A DNA stretch of 57,581 nt from Candidatus Micrarchaeota archaeon (GTDB taxonomy: Archaea; Micrarchaeota; Micrarchaeia; Anstonellales; Bilamarchaeaceae): NCBI GenBank assembly GCA_018812625.1, contig JAHJDH010000031.1:1-57581 (forward strand), read 5' to 3'. Positions 28,046-36,695 of this stretch are shown piece by piece. Numbering within the stretch: position 1 is the stretch's first letter; each line of letters opens with the position of its first letter. A program made the translations under genes and the position numbers. The notes under the pieces are model-generated. The model made no database searches, was not told the DNA's origin, and saw only the letters and a program-made list of their open reading frames with translations.

Positions 28046-28681
28046 TTAATTTTTCTTTGCCTTAAGTTTTTTGTTTATTTTGGATGCAAATTCAAGATAA
28101 TCCTCGAGAAAATCATTCATGCTATCTAGCTTAATTTCTTTTGACGGTGGTTTTTCATCCTTAAAGCGGATATTGACAATCATCTTCAAAATGCCATGAG
28201 TATTGCATAATCGAATGAGAACATATTCTTTGTTGAATTTGGAAATTTCTCCTTTTATAGAATTTAGAAACTGTTTGTCTCCAGAAACAGAATACTCATT
28301 TAGCCATCCCGAGCCTACATTAAGAATCTCAAATTTCTTTGTATTGTCGTTGCGTACACAAAGTTCATAATCTACAGAAAATGACTTTTCTACCTTTCCA
28401 AGTAAAAATGATTTATAGTAAAACTCTTCTCCATCATACTCAAAAATCAGCCTTCCAAAAGAAAAGAAATCCGATTCCCAAGAGGTTATTTTTTTGATTT
28501 TTGAAATGGATTTTTCAAAATCCTTGATCTTTCCAATATTTCTCACGAAGATAAGTGCAAATATAAGAACTGAGAATATAGCTACTTGAGTGTATCCATA
28601 AAAGATTGATATTGCAGGAACTAGCAGAAGCAGGAAACTGAATAATAAAAATTCAAAAACAAAGTATGGATAATGTTTCAT
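28046..28681 (-). CDS. Membrane protein, 2 TM plus soluble domain
   Basis: Likely start MKHYPYF at 28681. Confidence 0.65.
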   Translation of the reverse strand: MKHYPYFVFEFLLFSFLLLLVPAISIFYGYTQVAIFSVLIFALIFVRNIGKIKDFEKSISKIKKITSWESDFFSFGRLIFEYDGEEFYYKSFLLGKVEKSFSVDYELCVRNDNTKKFEILNVGSGWLNEYSVSGDKQFLNSIKGEISKFNKEYVLIRLCNTHGILKMIVNIRFKDEKPPSKEIKLDSMNDFLEDYLEFASKINKKLKAKKN

Positions 28682-28712
28682 TGAAAATAGAACAAAATCA
28701 ATTTTTATTAAT

Positions 28713-28877
28713 CTATTCTTTTGCAGTTCCTGCATCAACCATGTGTTTAAACATCTGATATGGGACTACAACACACACATTGCACTTGCAATCTTGACAG
28801 ATAAAATCATCATTTGAATTGCGCCTTATTTTTCCGCAGTTTGCACAAATTTCAACTACATTCTTCAGTTTGTTCAC
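28713..28877 (-). CDS. Small Zn-ribbon protein, 54 aa, GTG start
   Basis: VEICANCGKIRRNSNDDFICQDC; abuts the DHS-like stop; not in the ORF track. Confidence 0.65.
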   Translation of the reverse strand: MNKLKNVVEICANCGKIRRNSNDDFICQDCKCNVCVVVPYQMFKHMVDAGTAKE

Positions 28878-29897
28878 CTATTCAAACATTTTTGAAAATT
28901 CAAATTTCTTCCTGTTTTTCCAGCTTCCCTTGTGATATGCATAGCTTGCAATTAAGGGCACAACTGTAGTTGCCTCAGCATAAACCATTTGTTCATAGGT
29001 CGTATCCACCTTTCCCCAAGAGCTTGCTTCTTTGAGAGTTGAGCTTGAACATGCACCATCACGAACATCTGCAACAGTAATCTGAATTGCATATTTATGC
29101 ATTGGAACTTCTTTTCCTAGAATCTCAGCACAGACAACCGTATCCTGTGCAAAGTTTTTTGGAACTCCGCCGCCGACCATGAAAAGTCCGGAAGTTGGAG
29201 CCTGCATTTTGATTTTGGTCAGCTCATAAAAGTCCTTCACAGAATCGACGGAGACATGTTTTTCTGGATTGTTATGCTGATGTAGCACAAGTCCAAAACC
29301 TGCACTGCAGTCTGAAAATGCAGGGCAGAATATTGGTACATTATTTTCATAAGCTGCCTGGACAAGAGAATTCTTCTTCTTTGCATTGCCATCTGCTAGA
29401 TATTTTCCCATTGCTTTGATGATTTCTCGCGAAGAGTGAGGCCTTGGCTCAAGGGAATCTGCAATTTCTGCAATTGTTTTATCACAAACTTGAAGCTCTT
29501 CCTCATCAATGAATGTATCATAAATCCTGTCGATGTAAATTCTTCGAAGCTCATTATCATCAACAAACTGATCTCCGCGATAATGCTTGAAACCTAGTGC
29601 TTCAAAAAAGTCCATATCAACGATACTTGCGCCAGTTGAAACAATGGCATCAACCATGTTGTTCTTAACCAGGTCAGTGTAGACATCCATGCAACCGCCT
29701 GCACTGGTGCTTCCTGCAAGAGTAAGAATAATTGCACACTCTGGTTCAGCAAGCATCATCTCATAGATTTCTGCGGATCTTGCAGTATCCCTTGATGTAA
29801 ATGACATCTTTCCCATAGCTTCAATGATAGAAGTACAATCCAATTTTTTGATATCAACATGTTCAATTGGAGTCTTTAGAAGTTCTTTTTTATTCAT
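28878..29897 (-). CDS. Deoxyhypusine synthase-like protein, SpeY-type
   Basis: IDRIYD, CPAFSD, GGGVPKNFAQDTVV, ADVRDGACSSSTLKEASSWGK. Confidence 0.88.
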   Translation of the reverse strand: MNKKELLKTPIEHVDIKKLDCTSIIEAMGKMSFTSRDTARSAEIYEMMLAEPECAIILTLAGSTSAGGCMDVYTDLVKNNMVDAIVSTGASIVDMDFFEALGFKHYRGDQFVDDNELRRIYIDRIYDTFIDEEELQVCDKTIAEIADSLEPRPHSSREIIKAMGKYLADGNAKKKNSLVQAAYENNVPIFCPAFSDCSAGFGLVLHQHNNPEKHVSVDSVKDFYELTKIKMQAPTSGLFMVGGGVPKNFAQDTVVCAEILGKEVPMHKYAIQITVADVRDGACSSSTLKEASSWGKVDTTYEQMVYAEATTVVPLIASYAYHKGSWKNRKKFEFSKMFE

Positions 29898-30294
29898 ATT
29901 TATTCACCATTTTTTTGATCTTTTCTGCAACCTCATTAAGTTCTTCAGGAGTTGCACTTTTTGCTCTTGCCATATTCAACTCCCCACCATGATGCAATGG
30001 AATTAGATGAATATGCACATGCGGAATTAGGAATCCTTCAACAATGATACCTATCCTCTTTGAATTCATTGCAGATTGAATTTTCGGAGCAAGAAATTTT
30101 GCTGTTTTTAATATTCTTGAATATTCATTATCATCCAAATCAAATAAATAATCTGCATGCTTTTTTGGAACTACAAGAGTATGTCCTGGATTGATCGGAT
30201 TGATATCTAAAAATGCAATAAACTCCTCATTTTCAAAAACCTTGTTGCTTGGTATCTCTCCACGAGTAATTCTACAAAACAAGCAATTTTCCAT
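29890..30294 (-). CDS. HIT family hydrolase
   Basis: CLFC..., AFLDINP..GHTLVVPK, HVHIH triad. Confidence 0.95.
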   Translation of the reverse strand: MENCLFCRITRGEIPSNKVFENEEFIAFLDINPINPGHTLVVPKKHADYLFDLDDNEYSRILKTAKFLAPKIQSAMNSKRIGIIVEGFLIPHVHIHLIPLHHGGELNMARAKSATPEELNEVAEKIKKMVNKYE

Positions 30295-30319
30295 GTCTCT
30301 TATTGCAAAAGTAGAATTC

Positions 30320-30733
30320 TTAAATGTATTTTACCAGCTGACGTTTGGCCTTTGGAATCTGATTGATTAAAATTCCAGATTTGAGCATACCGCAACCTAA
30401 AAAGTTTCCAGAATATTCAACAATAACATATCCCTCATTTTCACTAGGTATTCGAAGATCTTCTCCTTTGGCATAAGAGACTGCCTGTTCTTTGGATAAA
30501 GAAATTATGTTCTTTGTTGCATGCTTTCCAAAGAGCTGAAGAAAATTTGTTGTTGGTTTTACTGCAGATTCAGCACGGGCAATCAAAAGCCCTGGAGAGA
30601 CAATATCAGGCTTGTCCGGAAGTTTTTTAGGCCCAAGATATACTCTGCCCTTTGGACCTGCATATATTCCAAATTCATCAAATAGTGATTCCGGAATACC
30701 GAATCTTTCTGCAAAATATTTTAGGACATTCAT
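30320..30733 (-). CDS. RsmF C-terminal / NIP7-PUA-like partner of the m5C methyltransferase
   Basis: KPTTNFLQLFG...YAKGEDL...GYVIV...LGCG...NQIPK; coupled to the upstream MTase. Confidence 0.7.
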   Translation of the reverse strand: MNVLKYFAERFGIPESLFDEFGIYAGPKGRVYLGPKKLPDKPDIVSPGLLIARAESAVKPTTNFLQLFGKHATKNIISLSKEQAVSYAKGEDLRIPSENEGYVIVEYSGNFLGCGMLKSGILINQIPKAKRQLVKYI

Positions 30734-31632
30734 TTTCTCACCTTTGCTAAAAAGAATCCTCCAGTATCATTATGGTGTGGCCATACTCTGGATACCAGCT
30801 CAATCTGAGGGTCGTATTCCCTACCATGCCATTGTAAGAGCCCAGGACTTAATTTGAAATTAGGAAGTTCAATTTTCTCTAACTTTGCTTCTCTTTTTTG
30901 AAGCAGATGATCAACAACTGCCTCGTTTTCTTCAGGTGCAAATGTACATGTCGAATATACCATAACACCCCCGGGTTTCAACAGATCAAATGCCTTTACT
31001 ATCAGTTGTTTTTGCAGATTGGAGTGTCCGTGAATCTGCTTTTCATTCCAGATATTGAATAATTTTGAGTTCTTACGGACAGTCCCTTCAGAAGAACATG
31101 GGGCATCTAAAAGAATACTATCAAATAACGAACTTGGAAAAAACCTCAAATCCTGATTGGTAATCAATGTATTTAGAGCACCTACCTTTTCAAGATTGAA
31201 TTTCAATGCCTTTATCCTTGAATATGAGATATCATTTGCAATCAGTGTGCCTTTGTTTTCCATCATAGCAGCGAGCTCTGTTGTTTTTGATCCTGGAGCT
31301 GCACACGCATCAAGAACATAATCTCCAAGCTCATTTTTTATGACTAATGGAGGCAGCATTGAAACAAGCTCCTGAAGATAAATTTTGCCAAGAAAATGCT
31401 CAAAAACACTTCCAACATTTGGCTCATCAGAAACAAATGCATCGGAGTACCATGGCATTTGTTTGATATTTATTCCATAGCCTTCAAAATTTTCTTTAAC
31501 CTCATTGCTGCTGGATTTGATAGTGTTTACTCTGAATGATTTTGGAACTAGCTTTTCTATACATTCAAAGAAAAGATCCGGATCATCTACAATATCTTTA
31601 TATCTTTCTCTGAAGGGTTTTGGAATTGGCAT
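30730..31632 (-). CDS. RsmB/NOP2/NSUN family RNA m5C methyltransferase
   Basis: LDACAAPGSKT, LLDAPCS, VYSTCT, PEENE, GFF. Confidence 0.95.
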   Translation of the reverse strand: MPIPKPFRERYKDIVDDPDLFFECIEKLVPKSFRVNTIKSSSNEVKENFEGYGINIKQMPWYSDAFVSDEPNVGSVFEHFLGKIYLQELVSMLPPLVIKNELGDYVLDACAAPGSKTTELAAMMENKGTLIANDISYSRIKALKFNLEKVGALNTLITNQDLRFFPSSLFDSILLDAPCSSEGTVRKNSKLFNIWNEKQIHGHSNLQKQLIVKAFDLLKPGGVMVYSTCTFAPEENEAVVDHLLQKREAKLEKIELPNFKLSPGLLQWHGREYDPQIELVSRVWPHHNDTGGFFLAKVRK

Positions 31633-31657
31633 GTATGAAAAGTCTATTGAGAAACAC

Positions 31658-32197
31658 TTATAGCTTATTTGATTTGGTGCCAATTGAAAAATTCTGGTGA
31701 ATGATAAGGCTGTTTCTCATATGATCAAAGATCTCACCAATCTTTTCCTGATCTTTTTCCTTTGCGCTCCAGGTTATGGAGAATACTAACGGTTTGGCAT
31801 AGAACATTGATCCGCCGCCAAAGAAATCACTGCCTCTAGATTCATATTTGAACTTCCTTGAGTATGCTGGCATTCCTCTGAATTTAGCCTTAGAAATAGA
31901 TGCAATTATGCCGGCTGAGGGGCTTTCAAGCTCCATATGAGCATATTTGTCAAAATCAAAATTTTCTCCAAGGTTTGCATCAACTGCAATTGTAAAATCG
32001 ATATCTTTTGAATCAAATGAGATTGTATATCTTCCATCAACAACAGCTACATCAGAATCAAACTTCCAATGTTTTGGAACTTGTATTTCAAAATTGCCAA
32101 GCGGATCGCAAAATACTTCATACTCAAGCTTTTTTTTAGAAAAAAATCCAAACAACTTATCTCTCAGCAATCCAAACAACCTCCGAACACTCTCCAT
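31658..32197 (-). CDS. Hypothetical PsbP/Mog1-like fold protein
   Basis: F.DP.GNFEIQVPKHW N-terminal pattern; start uncertain. Confidence 0.55.
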   Translation of the reverse strand: MESVRRLFGLLRDKLFGFFSKKKLEYEVFCDPLGNFEIQVPKHWKFDSDVAVVDGRYTISFDSKDIDFTIAVDANLGENFDFDKYAHMELESPSAGIIASISKAKFRGMPAYSRKFKYESRGSDFFGGGSMFYAKPLVFSITWSAKEKDQEKIGEIFDHMRNSLIIHQNFSIGTKSNKL

Positions 32198-32891
32198 CAA
32201 AAGGAAGATAATCAAATCCACAATAGTCTCGGATATTCTTATATCCTGCTTTTATTAGAAGTTCATTCATTTCTTTTTGTTTGATGAGGTAAAGCTGCAT
32301 TGAAAACTCAGATTCTTCTCCTTCAACAGACATTTTTATCTTATAATTTCCAATACGATTTTGCTTCTCATATTTCAAAAACCAATCAAGAACATAACGT
32401 TTTCCATTATCAATAAAATCTTCCTGCTCAAAATGATGATATTCATCAACCATGCTTAGATCTTCATCAGAAGGATTGTAAATATGCAAAATAAGCCTGC
32501 CGCCTTCATTAAGATGTGATTTGAAATTTTCAAGAGTGGCTTTTCTATCTGATTCAGATAGCATATGAAGAAAACTCCGATATGGAACAATGATCAGATT
32601 GAACTTTTGATCTAATTTGAAGTCAACCATGCTCGCCAGCATAATCTTTGGCACAAGATTTTGAGCTTTTGCATTTGTTTTAAGAACTTCAAGCATATCT
32701 CTTGAGAAGTCTATTCCCTGAATATCAATACCATTTGAGAGAAGAGCTAGAAGAATTCTTCCGGTTCCGCAAGCAACTTCTAGAACAGGACCTCTTGCAT
32801 TTTTTGCCTCTTGTAAGTAGAAATCAATATCAGAATTATCTCCATAGATTACATCGTAATGTTCAGCCATTTTTTGATAAACGTCCATCAT
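32157..32891 (-). CDS. Class I SAM-dependent methyltransferase
   Basis: VLEVACGTGR, GIDFS..ML, HLNEGG. Confidence 0.9.
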   Translation of the reverse strand: MMDVYQKMAEHYDVIYGDNSDIDFYLQEAKNARGPVLEVACGTGRILLALLSNGIDIQGIDFSRDMLEVLKTNAKAQNLVPKIMLASMVDFKLDQKFNLIIVPYRSFLHMLSESDRKATLENFKSHLNEGGRLILHIYNPSDEDLSMVDEYHHFEQEDFIDNGKRYVLDWFLKYEKQNRIGNYKIKMSVEGEESEFSMQLYLIKQKEMNELLIKAGYKNIRDYCGFDYLPFDGECSEVVWIAER

Positions 32892-32940
32892 ATACCATGT
32901 AAAACGAAAGTAAATAAACATTACCGGGAGTAAAATAACT

Positions 32941-33987
32941 GTGTATTTGCATATTGATATGGACTATTTTTTTGCTCAAATAGAAGAAAAAAGAAGGCCC
33001 ATGCTCAAAGACAAGATAATTGCTGTTTGTGTGTTTAGCGGAAGAACTGAAGATTCTGGAGTAATCAGCACAGTTAATTACCCAGGACGTGCCCTTGGCA
33101 TAAAATCTGGAATGCCAATAGCAACTGCAAAGAAAAAGGCTCCGCCTGCAGACAGCATCTTTCTCCCTGTTGATCGGGAGGCATATACCCAGGCTTCAAT
33201 GTTTATTGATGGGATTATCAGAAAAGGATGCGATAAAGTTGTTCAGGCTAGTATTGATGAATGGCATGTAGAGGATTCTGATGCAATTCAAAAAGCCCCA
33301 AAAATCAAAGAAGAGATCGAAAAGAAGAGTGGACTGACATGCAGCATAGGTGTTGCTCCTTCGCTTCTAGGAGCTAAAATGGGAGCTTCTAAATGCAAAC
33401 CAGATGGGCTATTGATTTTAGATAAAGAGAGCGAAGAAAAACTGATTAGCGGATCTGATGTTGAAAAGGTTCCTGGAATTGGAAAGAAAACTGGGGAAGC
33501 ACTGAGAGCTCTTGGGGCTTTGAAAATTCAGGATATCTCAAAAATTGATCCAGGAAACCTTGTTGAAACATTTGGCAGAAAAACAGGTTCCTGGCTTCAT
33601 GAATTATCTCTTGGAGAGTACAAGAGCGAGCTTGGAGAGGAAAAAGAACAGGAGGAAGTAAGTAGGATAGGAACATTGAAAATGAAAACAAGAGACAGCT
33701 ATATCCTTCTAGAAAAACTTTCTGATCTTGAGCCTGAGGCAAAAGAATGGCTTATGGAAAAGAAAAAATCCTATAAAACACTGACAATCATATTTATCAC
33801 AGAGGATCTTCGCACACATACAAAATCCACAACCTTTAGTCATCCTTTGCCATGGAATTCTAGTACTGAAGCTGAAAAGAAAAAGCTAATTGAAGAATTT
33901 CTTTCTGAGAATCCCATGATGATTAGAAGAATTGGAATAAGATTTGGCAATTTCCTTGATCTTGGGGGCCAGACAACTTTATTTTAG
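32941..33987 (+). CDS. dinB: Y-family DNA polymerase IV (DinB/Dpo4)
   Basis: HIDMDYFFAQIE, NY..R..GI.SGM, SIDE, KPDG, VPGIG. Confidence 0.93.
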   Translation: MYLHIDMDYFFAQIEEKRRPMLKDKIIAVCVFSGRTEDSGVISTVNYPGRALGIKSGMPIATAKKKAPPADSIFLPVDREAYTQASMFIDGIIRKGCDKVVQASIDEWHVEDSDAIQKAPKIKEEIEKKSGLTCSIGVAPSLLGAKMGASKCKPDGLLILDKESEEKLISGSDVEKVPGIGKKTGEALRALGALKIQDISKIDPGNLVETFGRKTGSWLHELSLGEYKSELGEEKEQEEVSRIGTLKMKTRDSYILLEKLSDLEPEAKEWLMEKKKSYKTLTIIFITEDLRTHTKSTTFSHPLPWNSSTEAEKKKLIEEFLSENPMMIRRIGIRFGNFLDLGGQTTLF

Positions 33988-34039
33988 CATAACTAATAAG
34001 AAAAAAGAAAAAATGAATATAAAAATTTCCAAAGAAAAA

Positions 34040-34159
34040 TTATTTGCGTCTCACGGTTTTTTTCTTTGAGACTTTCTTAACTTTCCTTTTTTTCTTTGCC
34101 TTACATGAACAAGATCCACCTACGATCTTGGTGATAAGACAACAAATTGATGAAATCAT
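34040..34159 (-). CDS. 39-aa Cys/Lys-rich basic peptide
   Basis: MISSICCLITKIVGGSCSCKAKKKRKVKKVSKKKTVRRK*; TTTAATA about 25 nt upstream; not in the ORF track. Confidence 0.5.
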   Translation of the reverse strand: MISSICCLITKIVGGSCSCKAKKKRKVKKVSKKKTVRRK

Positions 34160-34214
34160 GTTATTATTGGTGGTTAAAAGGGTATTAAAACATATCGTTT
34201 TGTGTTGTTTTTTG

Positions 34215-34922
34215 TCATTCTAGTGTTTTAAGGAATTCATCCTCGAGAATATGTAATTTTGCTGGAATAATGATTGCAAATGGAGGTTTTCCAAGGTCTT
34301 TTTCACTTAGTTCAGATATTTTGCCATAGGTTATTTTCTCGTCAATAGCACCGAGCTTTGATATAACTACAGCAGAATCAAATTCAGAAAGCATCTCTAA
34401 GGCAGTTTTTGCTTCCATAGGCTCAGGCTCAGTATCCAGTAAAACTAAACTATGCATATTCAATTCCAGATTTTTACGAATAATATCCAGGGAAGAAGTT
34501 GGTGCATAATTTTCCCTTGGATTGACTAATGATGCTGTTTTTCCAAATCTATATATCTGAAGCCCAGCTCTTGCTGGAGCAGTACTGTATATCGAAGAGT
34601 TTGGAATTATTTTTACTTCAACATTTTTGGTTTTGGCGTCCAAAACCAATGTAATGTGAGTTGTTGCTGTGAGCGGATCTCCAGATGAGATAAGACACAC
34701 TCTTTGATTTTGAGCACGATCAATGAGGTATGAGCTTTCAACATCCCGCCTTGGCAATCTTTTGATTTTTTTCCCTATTTTCTCTTCAAGAATAGAAATT
34801 TCTTCATCATCAATTGGGTTGGTGTAAGTTTCAATATAAACGAGATCTGCAGAGGCAAGTGCATCAATTGCAGATAGTGTCAGATCAAATGATATTCCAG
34901 ATCCGATTAACGTAAGTGTCAT
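34215..34922 (-). CDS. dph5: Diphthine synthase
   Basis: LIGSGI, ETYT, GDPLTATTH, GLQIYRFGKT, HSLVLLD. Confidence 0.93.
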   Translation of the reverse strand: MTLTLIGSGISFDLTLSAIDALASADLVYIETYTNPIDDEEISILEEKIGKKIKRLPRRDVESSYLIDRAQNQRVCLISSGDPLTATTHITLVLDAKTKNVEVKIIPNSSIYSTAPARAGLQIYRFGKTASLVNPRENYAPTSSLDIIRKNLELNMHSLVLLDTEPEPMEAKTALEMLSEFDSAVVISKLGAIDEKITYGKISELSEKDLGKPPFAIIIPAKLHILEDEFLKTLE

Positions 34923-34999
34923 GTAACTAGAATAATTACATAACATTTAAAAAAAGAAAGTCGCAATATTTAACATAGTATAACAATCCTTTCTTTACC

Positions 35000-35048
35000 G
35001 GGAGGATACGCTAGGGGCGTTACCATCCCCCTGCCCCTATGCGTCCCA
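35000..35048. ncRNA. Candidate GC-rich structured RNA (hairpin or pseudoknot)
   Basis: TAGGGGC/GCCCCTA plus ACGC/GCGT stem; GC island in an AT-rich spacer. Confidence 0.4.
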
Positions 35049-35058
35049 TTTTATGTAT

Positions 35059-35520
35059 TTAATTATAAGGTAAAACTAGTTTTGAACTGTCTCTTTTGAT
35101 ACTGTGCTTTTTTGAAAACCCTTTATTTACTTCAAGCACATACTTTGCAGGTCTTAGTGATTCGTAAGACGTACAATTGAATATGTTTAGTCCGCAGGGC
35201 TCCATTTCATCCACATCCACAACAGTGCCATTTGACGAAATAAATATCGCATCCAACGGAATGCTTGTATTGAACATCCAAAATGAGAGGTAACTTGATT
35301 TGTTAAAAACAAATAGCATTCCATCGTACTCTCCAAGGGTTTTTCTTCCCATAAGCCCTTTAGCATGTGTTGAGGCATTATCTGCAATCTCAACATGAAC
35401 GTCTATTGATTCTCCTTTGGAATTAATCAGCGTAACTGACTTTTTGTCTCCTTTAACAGTTACAAAATAGATTATCAGAAGTAGAATAAAAATAAATAAA
35501 ATAATAATAAAATAATTCAT
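35059..35520 (-). CDS. DUF192 protein with N-terminal TM
   Basis: VEIAD...GLMGR...GMLFVF...FWMFNT..PLD...YVLEVN.G. Confidence 0.9.
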   Translation of the reverse strand: MNYFIIILFIFILLLIIYFVTVKGDKKSVTLINSKGESIDVHVEIADNASTHAKGLMGRKTLGEYDGMLFVFNKSSYLSFWMFNTSIPLDAIFISSNGTVVDVDEMEPCGLNIFNCTSYESLRPAKYVLEVNKGFSKKHSIKRDSSKLVLPYN

Positions 35521-36623
35521 AAGTCAGTAAACCTGCCTTCAAGTTTTTTCAAAACAGCGGGTAGTGTTGTATACTCCATATCTTCTGAAGGCAATCTGTG
35601 TGGTTCAAATGGACCATGTCTTCTCATATATTCGGCAATTTCTGAGGACTTTTCTCTTGTCTTGTCAAATGCCACATCCTTGAAGAAATCAAGTGGCTGG
35701 CCAAGCATACCATTTGCTACCTGGAATCCAAGAGCAACAACTCGTGGAGGACCATCAAACCTTGATGGCACGGCATCTTCCATGCTGCATGGCATAATAG
35801 GACCATTGTGAGAACCTCTCATCCACCCAGAAACCAAATGTGGGAATGCCCAAGGCTCTAGTGCTTCTCCAACTGCAGGAAGGCCAGATTGACAGCGAAC
35901 TACGGCAACAGGATCATCCTTGCCAACATATTTCCCAGCAATCTTAGAGAGCTTATCTGTGCTTACACACGCAACAGCCTCTTCTTTTGGGACTTTGCCA
36001 GATCTTGCATGAATTTTTTTGATGACATACCTGCTTTTTCCACCAATCAATGCTAGAAGATCATATGTTTCTTCTGGCGTATTTAGAGTGACTGTTTTGT
36101 TTGCCATCACATCATAAACTTCAAATTCAAAACCAGCATGCATAGACTCATCAATTACAAGACCAGCTGTACTAAATGGATCACCAAACATTCTGAAAAT
36201 AGGAAGATTGAATGCTCCAGGCTCTGTCTTGTCCATAAGAAAACAGATGATCGGTTCGCTTGCCCGCTCTTCAAATTCAATTTCAGCGGAACCTGGACCC
36301 ATACCTTTAATGTTACCTGAGAAAGTATCTGATAAGAGATCCTGTCCAGCTCCATAGAGCTTCAATTTCTTTGCTTCTTCAGTACATGCAAGGAATGTAT
36401 CCCATGCAAGTTTGTGAACCTCTTCATTATCAGGTCCCTTGTCATGAGTCATAATAAGATCTATGTCATCTCCACATCTTGCAACGAAATAATCCTTGAT
36501 TTTGCCATTTTTCTTTGCAGCTTCAAGCTCTTCGCCTGCTTTTTTCAATAAAGCTGGATGAACAGATGAGTGTCCAGGAAATCCACCAACGTCGGCCTTA
36601 ATTATACTAAGTGTTGTTTTCAT
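35517..36623 (-). CDS. fbp: Fructose-1,6-bisphosphate aldolase/phosphatase (FBPase class V)
   Basis: IKADVGG.PGH, GDD, YGAGQDLL, DKTEPGA, YVGKDDP, GWMRGSH, RHGPFEP. Confidence 0.96.
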   Translation of the reverse strand: MKTTLSIIKADVGGFPGHSSVHPALLKKAGEELEAAKKNGKIKDYFVARCGDDIDLIMTHDKGPDNEEVHKLAWDTFLACTEEAKKLKLYGAGQDLLSDTFSGNIKGMGPGSAEIEFEERASEPIICFLMDKTEPGAFNLPIFRMFGDPFSTAGLVIDESMHAGFEFEVYDVMANKTVTLNTPEETYDLLALIGGKSRYVIKKIHARSGKVPKEEAVACVSTDKLSKIAGKYVGKDDPVAVVRCQSGLPAVGEALEPWAFPHLVSGWMRGSHNGPIMPCSMEDAVPSRFDGPPRVVALGFQVANGMLGQPLDFFKDVAFDKTREKSSEIAEYMRRHGPFEPHRLPSEDMEYTTLPAVLKKLEGRFTDL

Positions 36624-36695
36624 AAGAAAAAACCTCTCTGAGAATGATAACTCATATATCATATAAAAACATTACGAAAAAATTGCAGATCCAAA

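Noticed and set aside
35000-35048. tRNA half or fluoride riboswitch
   Set aside because: No T-loop or D-loop consensus, and the fluoride 3' motif (GCURAUGAC) is absent.
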